From assembly GCA_046262915.1 (NCBI GenBank), contig JBHELW010000319.1:1-41932 (forward strand): 41,932 bases of DNA, given 5' to 3'. The stretch comes from Mycobacteriales bacterium (GTDB lineage Bacteria > Actinomycetota > Actinomycetes > BP-191). Made by a program: the position numbers and the translations under genes. Positions 14,912 through 25,100 of this stretch are shown in pieces (position 1 is the first letter of the stretch; every line of letters starts with the position of its first letter). The notes below the pieces were generated by a model. The model saw only the letters and a list, made by a program, of their open reading frames with translations, did no database searches and was not told the origin of the DNA.

Positions 14912-16845
14912 TGCTGAACCCGTTCGAGCACTGGTACGACGCGACGCAGGACGACTGCCACGCGCAGGTGTTCCGCTTCGTGAACAAGATCGAGCAGGAG
15001 CAGGCCGACGTCTATGACCGGCTGATGACCCTCGAGTCGCTGTACGACAAGCACAGCCCCGAGGGCAGCCTCGCCGAGGACCCGCGCGCGGCTGGCGAGA
15101 TGCTCAACGACATGTACGAGAACGTCGTTGCGTCCAACGTCGACACCACGTACGCGTCGATCGCGACGGCCGAGATCCGGGCGCGTTTCCTCACCGACGG
15201 CGCCGGCTGGTCCACCCAGCGCCGCGCTGCGAAGATGGAGCTCTACGCCGAGGGCCTCGGCAAACAGCTCGCCATCCACCGGAAGTGCCGACTGGCGTTC
15301 CGCGAGGCGGCCAAGATCGGCGGCGGGCTGGTCAAGGTCTACGCCGACCGGTGGGATCAGGTGTGCGTCGAGCACATTCCCCTCGTGGAGATCGTGGTTC
15401 CCGACGCCGATCACCAGAGCGGCGCGCCACCGCTGCAGCTGCACCACGTGATGCGGAACTACGACCGCGACCGGCTCAAGGCCGAGTTCCCCGAGTACGC
15501 CGACGAGATCGAGGCCTTCCGAGGGACGACGCTGCCGGCCAACGTGATGGACCGGCACCCCACCCGGTCGAGCTGGGCGCACAACAAGGTCACCGTCATC
15601 GAGAGCTGGCGGCTGCCGATCGGCGTCCGTCCGGCCAAGGACGGCGAGAAGAGCTCGAAGGGCGCCAGATACGTCCCGGGCCGGCACACGATCACGATCG
15701 CCACCCGGACGCTGCTCGACGAGCCGTACCACAAGCCGTACCACCCGATCGCGGTGATCGAGTGGTCGGCGCGGAACGGTTCGTTCTTCCCGATCAGCGG
15801 CTCCGAGCGGATCGTCGGCCTGCAAAGGGCCCTGAACCTGCGCAACTGGACCATCGAGCAGATGCTCCAGCAGAACGCCCGGGTCACGACCTGGGTGCGC
15901 CCGGCCGACTTCGGGGCCGTGACGAAGATGCAGGCGACCGAGGTCGGCAACTTCATCCCGATCAAAGGCGAGTACCCCAAGACGGAGACCCCGCCCGCGG
16001 TGCACCCCGAGCTGCTCAACAGCCGGATCCAGCTCAAGCAGTCGGCGGCGGACGAGTTCGGCCAGAGTCAGGCCCGGCAGCGCGGCGAGATCCCCGCGGG
16101 GCTCCAGACCGGCGCCGCGGTGCGCGAGGCGACCAGCGCCCAGACGCAGCGCTACGCGCCCCAGGAGGCTGCGTTCGAGCAGCTCGTCCTCGACGTCAAC
16201 TGGCTGATGATCGACGCGTGCAAGGACCTCGGCAAGGCGGCGCCGACCGTGCTCGAGAGCCGCTGGCAGCAGCCGATCGGGTGGGGGGAGGTCGACATGG
16301 GCCAGGTGAAGATCCAGATCGCCGCCGCTTCGACGCTGCCGCGCACCGCCGCCGGCCGCGAGCAGACGATCCTCGAGTGGGCGCAGGCGGGGGTGATCAG
16401 CACCGACACGTTCCGGCGACTGATCGGACATCCCGACCTCGAGAGCGAGATGTCCCAGTACACCGCCGCGCTCGACGTGATCGACCTCGAGATCGAGGCC
16501 ATCCTCGACGGCGGAACCGCGGTCCCCGAGCCATACGACAACCTGAAGATGATCGAATGGCGCGCGACGCAGATGTACAACCGGATCCGCCCGAGCGGCC
16601 GCCGGAAGGGCGCGCCGGAGGCCGTGCTCGAGTCCTTGCGCGATTATATCGACCAGGCCGCCTTCCTGGCCTCGATGCAGGCGCAGAACGACAACGCCGC
16701 ACCCGGCGCGATGCCCGGTGCCGCACCCGCGGGCCCGCCCGGCCAGGACGCCATCGCGACTCCGCCCGGCGGTGGGCCGCCGACTGCCGCGCTGTCGCCC
16801 CAGGCGATGCAACTCCGCGGTACGGCGATCCCGTCCGCCGCCTGA
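14908..16845 (+). CDS. Portal protein
   Basis: 645 aa, immediately after terL and before the scaffold and capsid genes. Called from position and size only. Confidence 0.7.
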   Translation: MMLNPFEHWYDATQDDCHAQVFRFVNKIEQEQADVYDRLMTLESLYDKHSPEGSLAEDPRAAGEMLNDMYENVVASNVDTTYASIATAEIRARFLTDGAGWSTQRRAAKMELYAEGLGKQLAIHRKCRLAFREAAKIGGGLVKVYADRWDQVCVEHIPLVEIVVPDADHQSGAPPLQLHHVMRNYDRDRLKAEFPEYADEIEAFRGTTLPANVMDRHPTRSSWAHNKVTVIESWRLPIGVRPAKDGEKSSKGARYVPGRHTITIATRTLLDEPYHKPYHPIAVIEWSARNGSFFPISGSERIVGLQRALNLRNWTIEQMLQQNARVTTWVRPADFGAVTKMQATEVGNFIPIKGEYPKTETPPAVHPELLNSRIQLKQSAADEFGQSQARQRGEIPAGLQTGAAVREATSAQTQRYAPQEAAFEQLVLDVNWLMIDACKDLGKAAPTVLESRWQQPIGWGEVDMGQVKIQIAAASTLPRTAAGREQTILEWAQAGVISTDTFRRLIGHPDLESEMSQYTAALDVIDLEIEAILDGGTAVPEPYDNLKMIEWRATQMYNRIRPSGRRKGAPEAVLESLRDYIDQAAFLASMQAQNDNAAPGAMPGAAPAGPPGQDAIATPPGGGPPTAALSPQAMQLRGTAIPSAA

Positions 16846-16899
16846 TCGGGTGAGATCCCGACCCGGCGTCACAATCCGGCGCAGATCGTGTAGCCCTCA

Positions 16900-18126
16900 A
16901 TGCACATGCCAGCTCCGGCCGCCGATTCAGCCCCCGTGACCAACGGCGCGCAGACCCAGGGCACCGGGGATGAGGTCGCGTCGCTGCTCGCCGAGCTGGA
17001 GGCCGAGGGCAAGACGAAGCCGGCGGACCCGGCCCCGGCCAAGCCGGCCGCGAAGTCTGCGAAGCCAGCGCCGTCGGTCGAGCCCGCCGGGGATGCGGCG
17101 GACGACGCCGATCCGGACGACGAGCGCGCCGACGACCGGGGCAAGGACCGCGATCGCGACGAGGACGACGAGGATGAGGTCGACGCGGATGCGGACGATC
17201 CCGACGACGAGGACGCCGATCCGGACGACGACGAGGACCGCGACGGCGACCAGGACGACGAGCCCGACGAGGACGCCGATGCCGATCCCGAGACCAAGAA
17301 GCGGATGGCGGCGGTGCGGCGCACGGACCGTCGCCTGCGCGAGCGACGCGACGCCGAGCGCGCACAGCTCGACCGCGACCGCGCCGCGTTCCAGACCGAG
17401 ACCCGGCAGCTCCGCGGCGAGGTCGACCAGTTCAAGAAGCTGATCGCGCGCGCCAAGATCGACCCGGTCGCGCTGCTCGAGGCCGCCGGGCTCGGGCCGG
17501 ACGACATGGAATACGCGGCGACGCAGGCGTTCGCGCGCTCTGCCAAGGCGTCCGGCAAGCCCGAGTACCGCACCGCGGCCGAGCGCGCGATCCGCGAGCG
17601 CGAGTCCGCCGACAAGGCGACCGCCAGTGAGAAGCGGATCGCCGACCTCGAAGCCAAGCTCGAGGCCAAGGAACGCCAGGCCGCGGAGGACGCCGAGCTC
17701 GAGGCCTACTTCAAGCGCGCGCTCCGCAAGGCGACCGACGCCACCCCGATCACGAAGAAGTTGATCGACACGCGCCCCAAGCTGGCGCGGCGCGAACTGA
17801 CCGCCACCGCCGGCGAGCTCGCCCAGAAGCTCGGGCGGCTGCCCAAGGTCGCCGAGCTCCTGGTCGAGCACGAGCGCAAGGAGGCGCGCGCGCTGCGGGC
17901 CCGCGGGATCGCGGTGCCCGGCGCCGCTGCGCCGGCGGCCGAGACCGAGGCCGCCGCCAAGGACACGAAGGCCGCGCCCGTGAAGCCGGCCAAGGGCGCG
18001 AAGCCCGCGGCGGCCGCAAAGCCCGCGACCAAGCCGGCCGCGAAGCCAGAAGCCGAAGTCGGCGCGGGGCTGCCGTCCACCGACGATCTCCTCCGGGAGA
18101 TGAGGGCCGGCGCCCACCTGATCTGA
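16900..18126 (+). CDS. Scaffolding protein with extreme acidic tract
   Basis: Sits between portal and capsid. Long charged helical/coiled-coil segments, an Asp/Glu run of about 65 aa and an Ala/Lys/Pro-rich tail. Confidence 0.65.
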   Translation: MHMPAPAADSAPVTNGAQTQGTGDEVASLLAELEAEGKTKPADPAPAKPAAKSAKPAPSVEPAGDAADDADPDDERADDRGKDRDRDEDDEDEVDADADDPDDEDADPDDDEDRDGDQDDEPDEDADADPETKKRMAAVRRTDRRLRERRDAERAQLDRDRAAFQTETRQLRGEVDQFKKLIARAKIDPVALLEAAGLGPDDMEYAATQAFARSAKASGKPEYRTAAERAIRERESADKATASEKRIADLEAKLEAKERQAAEDAELEAYFKRALRKATDATPITKKLIDTRPKLARRELTATAGELAQKLGRLPKVAELLVEHERKEARALRARGIAVPGAAAPAAETEAAAKDTKAAPVKPAKGAKPAAAAKPATKPAAKPEAEVGAGLPSTDDLLREMRAGAHLI

Positions 18127-18253
18127 TTCCCGGCGCGCCACCGCGCGCCTGCTACCGCCTGCGACCGAAGTCCTTACCCTTCCTGCCATAAGTCGACGGC
18201 ACACAACCCACTGAAGTTCGCCACCTCGACGAGGTGGCTCGAGGGAACCGTGC

Positions 18254-19477
18254 ATGTCGACCATTCCGGCCAGTGACTTTCAGACGGTGGCGTTCATTTT
18301 CAAGCGCCGCTACTCCGACGCGGGCGTCGCGGACATCACCCAACGCGACAAGCCCACGTACACCATGATCTCGAAGCGTCAGGGCCTCGGCGGCCAGGAC
18401 TTCGCGTACGCCACGGTGACCGGCAATCCGCAGGGCGTGGGCAATACGTTCGATGCGTCGCGCTCCGCCGCGTCGCCGCTCAAAGGCGAGCAGTTCATCG
18501 CCACCGACGTGGTGAAGTACGGCTATCTGACCCTCGACGGGCCGTCGATCCGTCGAAACAAGGCCAACAACGCGGTGTTCGTCGACTTCGTGGTGCGCCA
18601 CGTCGATGGCATCCTCGCCCAGCTCGGCAGCGAGATCTCTTTCGACCTGCACCGCGATGGCGCCGGCCTCCGCGGCCGGCGCGCCTCGGCTGCGGGCAAC
18701 ACGATCACCCTGACCAAGGCGTCCGACGTCCACTACTTCTACCGCGGCATGACGATCATCGCCGCGCAGAACGCCGACGGGACGTCGCCGCGTTCCGGAT
18801 CGACGACGGTCATGAAGATCCTTCGCGCGTCCAAGCAGATCGTCGTGGCCGACGCGAGCGCGATCTCGTCGTTCTCCGACAATGACTTCCTGTTCCGGCT
18901 CGGGCAGACCGCCTCGAACGGAATCCAGGGTATGGGCGCGTGCACGCCGCTCGCGGCCCCGACGGCGGGCGTGCTGTTTCGCCAGGTCGAGCGCACCAAC
19001 GACCTCGAGGCGCTCGCTGGCACGCGGATCGACGATCCCGACGTGCTGCCGGAAGATCAGATCGGCAACCTCGCGGTGCAGGCGAGTCTGATGGGCAAGA
19101 AGCTGGAGCGGGCGACCGTCTACCCGACCGAGTTCCAGGCGATGGTCAAGCGCCTCGGCGCGAAGATCCAGTACACGAACCCTGGCGGCCAGGCGAAGAT
19201 CGGATTCCAGTCGATCGTCATCAACGCGGCCAGCTACGCGATCGAGGTCATGGCCGAGCCGGACATCGTGCCGGCCGAGGTTCGCGCGTACGCCAACGAC
19301 GCGCACAACATCACCTACCTCGGTTCGACGGTGGTGTACCTGATCCGCGACGACGCGGGCGTGGCGCACAACATCGGTGACGCCGATGGCCTCGAGTACC
19401 GCGCGGTGTTTCAGGGCAACTACCTGCAGCCCGACCAGGCGGCGCACGGCGTCGCGTCGTTCCAGTCCGCCAGCTGA
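18254..19477 (+). CDS. Major capsid protein
   Basis: 407 aa, follows the scaffold gene, strong RBS (GAGGGAA). Called from position only. Confidence 0.65.
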   Translation: MSTIPASDFQTVAFIFKRRYSDAGVADITQRDKPTYTMISKRQGLGGQDFAYATVTGNPQGVGNTFDASRSAASPLKGEQFIATDVVKYGYLTLDGPSIRRNKANNAVFVDFVVRHVDGILAQLGSEISFDLHRDGAGLRGRRASAAGNTITLTKASDVHYFYRGMTIIAAQNADGTSPRSGSTTVMKILRASKQIVVADASAISSFSDNDFLFRLGQTASNGIQGMGACTPLAAPTAGVLFRQVERTNDLEALAGTRIDDPDVLPEDQIGNLAVQASLMGKKLERATVYPTEFQAMVKRLGAKIQYTNPGGQAKIGFQSIVINAASYAIEVMAEPDIVPAEVRAYANDAHNITYLGSTVVYLIRDDAGVAHNIGDADGLEYRAVFQGNYLQPDQAAHGVASFQSAS

Positions 19478-19544
19478 TCCCTTCCTGACACCCAGCAACG
19501 CATCCACCGCGGCGCTTCACCGGTGCCGCTGAAACGAGAACGAC

Positions 19545-20327
19545 ATGAGCGACCTGAATATCGCAAAGACCATCTGGGCCCGGCTCTCGCGCGCGCTGCC
19601 GCAGCCCACCGACGACGGCCAATACGGCGCGGTGCGCGGCAACCGCTACGGCGAGCTCTTCTCCGCGCCCACGGGGAAGTGGCGCCACAACCGCGCCGCG
19701 GAGGGGACCTACTTCATCGCGCACAACGCGACGAACGACGCCGCGACCACGCTCGCCGGCCACGCCGCGCCGGCTCTCGCGGATGCCGACGCGACGCTCA
19801 CCAAGCCGTTCATCTTCATCCGCAACCCGACGGCCACGACGGACAAGCGCCTGATCGAGCTCGACTTCATCGAGATCGACGTGATCACCGCCGGCGCGAC
19901 CGGCGCGTCGGCGAACTGGGCCGCGCAGCTCGACACCGGCGCTACCCGCCTCTCGAGCGGCGGCACGGCCCTGACGATCGTGAACCCCAACATGCAATCG
20001 ACCGCGGCGTCGGTCCTGACTTCGACCAACAGCCTGCTGGGTGGCGCGGTCGTCGTCGGCGCCGAGAGCAGCGTGCGCGAACTCGGCCACGGTCAGATCC
20101 GCCCCTCGATCGAGATCGCCGGCGATCAGTACATGTTCGTGTTCGGCGGCGATCCCGAGGCCATCGGCTCGGCGGGCGCGACGGCCGCGGCCGCGGTCCG
20201 GCGCAGCATCATCGGTCTGCCGCCGGTGCAGCTGGGGCCGACCGATCAGTTCCTGCTCGCGCTGTACGCGCCGAGCCAGAACGCGGCCGGCGTCTACAAG
20301 GTCCGCATGGGCTGGACGGAGCGCTGA
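19545..20327 (+). CDS. Virion structural protein, function unknown
   Basis: Clean ORF in the head/tail module. Confidence 0.5.
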   Translation: MSDLNIAKTIWARLSRALPQPTDDGQYGAVRGNRYGELFSAPTGKWRHNRAAEGTYFIAHNATNDAATTLAGHAAPALADADATLTKPFIFIRNPTATTDKRLIELDFIEIDVITAGATGASANWAAQLDTGATRLSSGGTALTIVNPNMQSTAASVLTSTNSLLGGAVVVGAESSVRELGHGQIRPSIEIAGDQYMFVFGGDPEAIGSAGATAAAAVRRSIIGLPPVQLGPTDQFLLALYAPSQNAAGVYKVRMGWTER

Positions 20328-20330
20328 GCC

Positions 20331-20693
20331 ATGGGACCGAGCAGGTCGGATCTCGACAACGAGCAGGTTCATCGGATCCGGGTACTCGGCACCGGAGCCG
20401 CCGACGTCACCAAACAGCTGGGCGTCGAGTGCACCGTTGTTCGCCGCGCCGTCGGCGTCCACCGCATCACGTTCACGAAGACCCCGGGGACGTTCGTCAT
20501 GATCGGGGGCTACATGTTCAGCGCGACGACGGCGGCCGACGTCAAAGGCCAGACCCTGACGGCCAGCGACTACACCAAGGCGACGGCGACGGCGCACGGT
20601 TTCATCGACATCTCGATCTGGAGCTCCACGTTCGCCGCCGACGATCTCCAGGCGACCGAGCACCTGGACCTCTCGCTCGTGTTCCGGGCCTGA
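20331..20693 (+). CDS. Virion structural protein, function unknown
   Basis: Clean ORF 3 nt after the previous stop. Confidence 0.5.
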   Translation: MGPSRSDLDNEQVHRIRVLGTGAADVTKQLGVECTVVRRAVGVHRITFTKTPGTFVMIGGYMFSATTAADVKGQTLTASDYTKATATAHGFIDISIWSSTFAADDLQATEHLDLSLVFRA

Positions 20694-20697
20694 CCCC

Positions 20698-21381
20698 ATG
20701 GCGAGCTCGGTCTCTGTCGGAACCCTCGTCGGGCGCATGAAGCGCCGGGCGAACCGCGACGGCGACAACCAGCTCGATGACACCGAGTGGAAGGAGCTCC
20801 TCGGCGAGAAGTACGAGGAGCTCCACGCGCTCGTCAGTGAGAAGGGCTCGCGGTACTTCGAGACCGAGGTCGACGTCGATCTCGGCGATCTGGCGCTGCC
20901 CGACGACTGGATGTCGACGATCGGCGTCGACGCGGTGCTGAGCGGATCGACGGGGCCGCGGCGGCCGCTGTACGGACCGATCGCGGTGCAGGACCGCACG
21001 TACCTGGTCGGCATCGCCGGCGGTGATCCGGCGTGCGCGTACGGCCTCGAGGCCGGCAACCTCGCGCTGTACCCGACGCCGACGGCCGGGTCGTACAAGC
21101 ATCTGTACCTCCCCCAGCCGATCGACTACTCCTCGGCGAGCGACTCGACCGCGGTGGACGCGATCAACGTCTACGGCCGGAAGTTCCTGATCTGGGGCGT
21201 CGCGGCGATCGCCGCGTACCGCGGGTCCGAGGCGCAAGATCGCGCGCTCGCCGAGGAGGCCCGGGCGAAGGGCGATCTCGAGTATTGGGCGTGCCAGGTC
21301 GCGATGACTCACGGCCCGCGCCGGCCGATCGTCGCGCCGTGGGCCGGGCGGCCGCCGAGCTGGCGGTGGTGCCCGCGATGA
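20698..21381 (+). CDS. Virion structural protein, possible head-tail adaptor
   Basis: Position after the capsid genes. The N-terminal pattern TLVGRMKRRANRDGDNQLDDTEWKELLGEKYEEL resembles gp6-like connectors. Confidence 0.4.
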   Translation: MASSVSVGTLVGRMKRRANRDGDNQLDDTEWKELLGEKYEELHALVSEKGSRYFETEVDVDLGDLALPDDWMSTIGVDAVLSGSTGPRRPLYGPIAVQDRTYLVGIAGGDPACAYGLEAGNLALYPTPTAGSYKHLYLPQPIDYSSASDSTAVDAINVYGRKFLIWGVAAIAAYRGSEAQDRALAEEARAKGDLEYWACQVAMTHGPRRPIVAPWAGRPPSWRWCPR

Positions 21382-22160
21382 AGTTCACCCGGCCGCACGC
21401 CGGCACGCTGCGCGATCCGATGGCCGAGACGATCCGCGGCGTGCAAGACCAGCAGATCGCGGAGCTGCAGGACGCCGCGCGGGCGGTCGACACGGCGCTG
21501 ACCGCCGGGATGCGCCTGCTCCGCGGGCCGACGTTGCTCACGGCGAGCTCGGGAACGCACCAGCTCGCCGAGGGCACCTGCCTGGTGGTAGGCATCACGC
21601 AGGGCGCCGGTGGCGGTGGTGGTGGCGCGGGTGGCGGGGTCAATCAGGCCGCCGGCGCGGGTGGCGGCGCCGGCATCACGCTGCACTGGACGCGTGGGGA
21701 GCCTGGTGTTCGGATCGCGAATCGCTCGTGCCCGTACACCTGCGGGGCGGGCGGGGCGGGCGGGGCGAACACCGGCGGCACCGGCGGCACCGGCGGCGAC
21801 GCGCAGATCACGGTCACCGGGATCCCGTTCGTCGCCAAGGGCGGCGGCGGCGGCGGCGGCCTGGCGAGCACGGCGCTCGGAACCGTGTTCGGCGGCGTTG
21901 GGCAGCCCGGCTCGTCGGGCTACCCCGGCACGTTCACGACCGCGCTGCGTGGGAACATGGGCTTCGTCGTGGGGGGTGCGGGCTTCAGCGGCGCCGGCGG
22001 CGCGTCGCCCTTCGGTATCAGCGGTGCGCCGGGGCTACTGGGCGACGGCGGAGCCGCTGCCGGGTTCGGCGCCGGCGGCGGTGGTGGCAACGCGACGGCC
22101 GCGGGCAAGGTCGGCGGGACCGGAACCGGGGGCTGTCACCAGATCTGGGAGTTCGGCTAG
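21378..22160 (+). CDS. Glycine-rich virion protein
   Basis: ATGA overlap. Repeated GAGGGGGGAGGG / GAGGAGGANTGGTGGTGG / KGGGGGGG blocks alternate with short beta-like segments. Confidence 0.6.
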   Translation: MKFTRPHAGTLRDPMAETIRGVQDQQIAELQDAARAVDTALTAGMRLLRGPTLLTASSGTHQLAEGTCLVVGITQGAGGGGGGAGGGVNQAAGAGGGAGITLHWTRGEPGVRIANRSCPYTCGAGGAGGANTGGTGGTGGDAQITVTGIPFVAKGGGGGGGLASTALGTVFGGVGQPGSSGYPGTFTTALRGNMGFVVGGAGFSGAGGASPFGISGAPGLLGDGGAAAGFGAGGGGGNATAAGKVGGTGTGGCHQIWEFG

Positions 22161-25100
22161 TGCCGCCGAGCGGTCTCAACTGGACGTCGCTGGTCCTGCG
22201 ATTCGACGGCTCACTCGAGAGCAAGGTCGACGCGCGCGCGCTGGCGCCACCGAGCCTCGCCCTGGCGCAGGACGTCCAGTTCGAGGAGATCGGCGCGCTG
22301 GGCACGCGGCCGCCGTTCGGCGAGGTGATGGGCGGCGGCGCCATCTTCGGCGGTGGGGCGCTGTCGAACTGTCGGAAGCTCGCCACGGTCAACGGTGAGC
22401 TCTGCGTCTTCACCGACACCGGGTTCTACAGCTGGAATGCTCAGCTCTCGAGCTGGGTGCTGCGCGGGACGCATCTCGCGGTGTCGGTCGACGAGACGCC
22501 CCGGCTCGCGACCACCGGCGATCAGATCGATGGCGACCGTGCCGAGCTCGCGGGGACCGTCGTGGTCGCGTGGGTCGAGAACAATCAGGTCTATGCCGGC
22601 GCGATCGACAAGGTGACGGGATCGGTGCTGGTATCGCCGACTGCGGTATCGACGGCGATCGGCCGACCGCGGCTCGTCGCGCTGGCCACGAAGATCCTGC
22701 TGTTCGTCGAGGCGAGCACCACGCTGCTCACCGTGCGGGCGATCGACCCGGCCTCGCCGGGCGGCGGCATCAGCGGCGCAGGCACGACGGTGCTCGCCAC
22801 GAACTACAGCCTACATTACGACGTCGTGCGCGCCGGAACTCAAGATCTCGTTGTCGGCGCGTGCCGCCGCGTGCCGACCACGAGCTACCAAGTTTTCACG
22901 GTCACTCCGGGCCTCGTCGTTACCAGTTCAACCAAGGCGCGCGTGAGCAGTGGGGCGATAGCGGTGTCGGCAGTCCCTGATGGCACCCAGACGCAGATAG
23001 TGCGCGTGGACAACGCTGCAAACATCCTGGGCGATCTCATTACGACGAGTACGCTCGCCGATGTCTTCACAGGCCAGCCGATTGGCACAGCGGACTTCGC
23101 GCCCTTCCAGATCGCCGCAGCCCATCGGAGCGTCCAGAATGGCGGAGCATATCGCTGCTACGTCTTCTGGAGCTATGTGATAACCACCTTCAGCAGTCCG
23201 CGAACACGGTCAAATTGGGTCGACACGTCAAATTCGCTTGGTACGCAGGGGCTGTTCAAGGAAGTGCTGTCCATCGCTTCGCGTGCATTCGAATACGCAG
23301 GATCGGTGTACCTATGGCTCGCATTCGGCGAGTCGACGGCGTTTACCGGATCCGGCGGCGGCGGCTTCCCCAACATTCAACTCCAGAACACTTACTTTTT
23401 GTACCGAGATGACGGCACATTGGCCAATGCGAAGTCCGTTTTTGACCATGGTGGCGGCACCGCGCCAACGGCCGGACGACTGCCGGCCGTGTCGCTCACG
23501 GCGGGATCGACCACATATTCATGGTGCGCCACCGAGCGACGGAAGTTCGTGTCTGGAGGTGCAGGCCACGTTGATTTCGCAGCGCGCTCCCCCGTTGACG
23601 TGATCTTCGCGTTCGACAGCAACGAAGCGAGGAGGAGTGCGCAGCTCGGCGCCACGCTCTATCTGTCCGGCGGTGAGCTCATCGCCTATGACGGCGTCAG
23701 GCTCGTGGAGGTCGGATTCCACGTCTACCCGTGGACGTTCGTTGCAGCCGATGCGGCGACCGGATCGGTCGCCTCCGGCACTTACACGTACAAGGTGACA
23801 TGGCGCTATCAAAACGCGACAGGGGAGAGCGAGCGCTCAACCACCGCTACAACAGGCATCGTCGTCGTCAGTTCAGGGCGTGTGACGTTCGCATTCACGC
23901 AGCCGTTGACGCCGACGCACAAGCTTACCGTGCCACCAGCGGTGGAGATGTGGCGCACCCAGGTCGCGCCAGGCGCCGATGCGCCCTTCTTCCTCGTGTC
24001 GAGCAACGATCCTGCCTCCCTCACGAATCCGAATCGTTATCTCCCCAACGATCCGACGTCGGCGGCTCTTCCGACGTTCAATGATGACCTTGCCGATGCT
24101 TCGATCGAGGGCAACGAGACCAATCCCGAGAACGAGACGATCCTCGAATTCCTGGCCCCACCGGCCGCGAGGATCATCGTCCCGACCGAGACGCGTCTCC
24201 TGCTCGCGGGTATCGCTGGCGATCCGGACGCGTGGAGGTACTCGCGCGAGCGAGGCGACGGCGAGATCGTCTCGTTCCACGACGAGCTCCGCGTCGAGGT
24301 TCCGCCGACCGGCGGCTCCATCACCGCGCTGTGGGCAGATGACCAGTTCGTGTACGTCGCCCGGCAGACCGCGCTCTACGCGTTCGCCGGGCCCGGCAAG
24401 GCGAACGACGACAGCGGGCAGAACTTCAGCTTGGTCCGCACGATCTCGCGCGACGTCGGCGTGGTCTCACAGGAAGCCCACGCTGCGGCCGGTTCGCTCG
24501 GCCGGCTCCTCAAAACGGCAAAGGGCTGGTACCTGCTCACCGGCGGCGAACTGCGCTACGTCGGCGGCGCGGTCTCGGCGTTCGACAGCGACACCGTGCT
24601 CGCGGTCCACACGATCACTGCCAAGCACCAGGTCCGGATCCTGACCAGCAGTCGGATGCTGCTGTGGGACTACCGCGGGCTCATCGCGTCGACCAACCAG
24701 GACCCCGGCCGCTGGGGTGTGTGGTCGATCTCCGACGGTCTCGACGCGGTGATGTGGAACGGGACCTATGTCTACCTGACCGCGAGCGGCCCCAAGCAGG
24801 AGAGCACGACCTTCACCGGGGTCACCTACGGGCTCGATGTCGCGACGTCGCACATCAAGCCGGCCGACCTGTTCGGCGCGGTCGCGGTGCGCAAGGTCCA
24901 GCCGCTCGGCGAGTACCGAGGTGGGCATCTGCTCCGGCTGCGCATGTACTACAACTTCGACGACAGCGCGGCGGTCGACGACGTGGTGTGGAGCCCGTCG
25001 CCCACGGTGGTCGGCGGGCCGCTGCAGTTCTCGCACGGGCCCCGGCGCCGCAACTGCCAGAGCTTCAAGATCCGACTCACCGCGGTGACCGACCAGGCGC

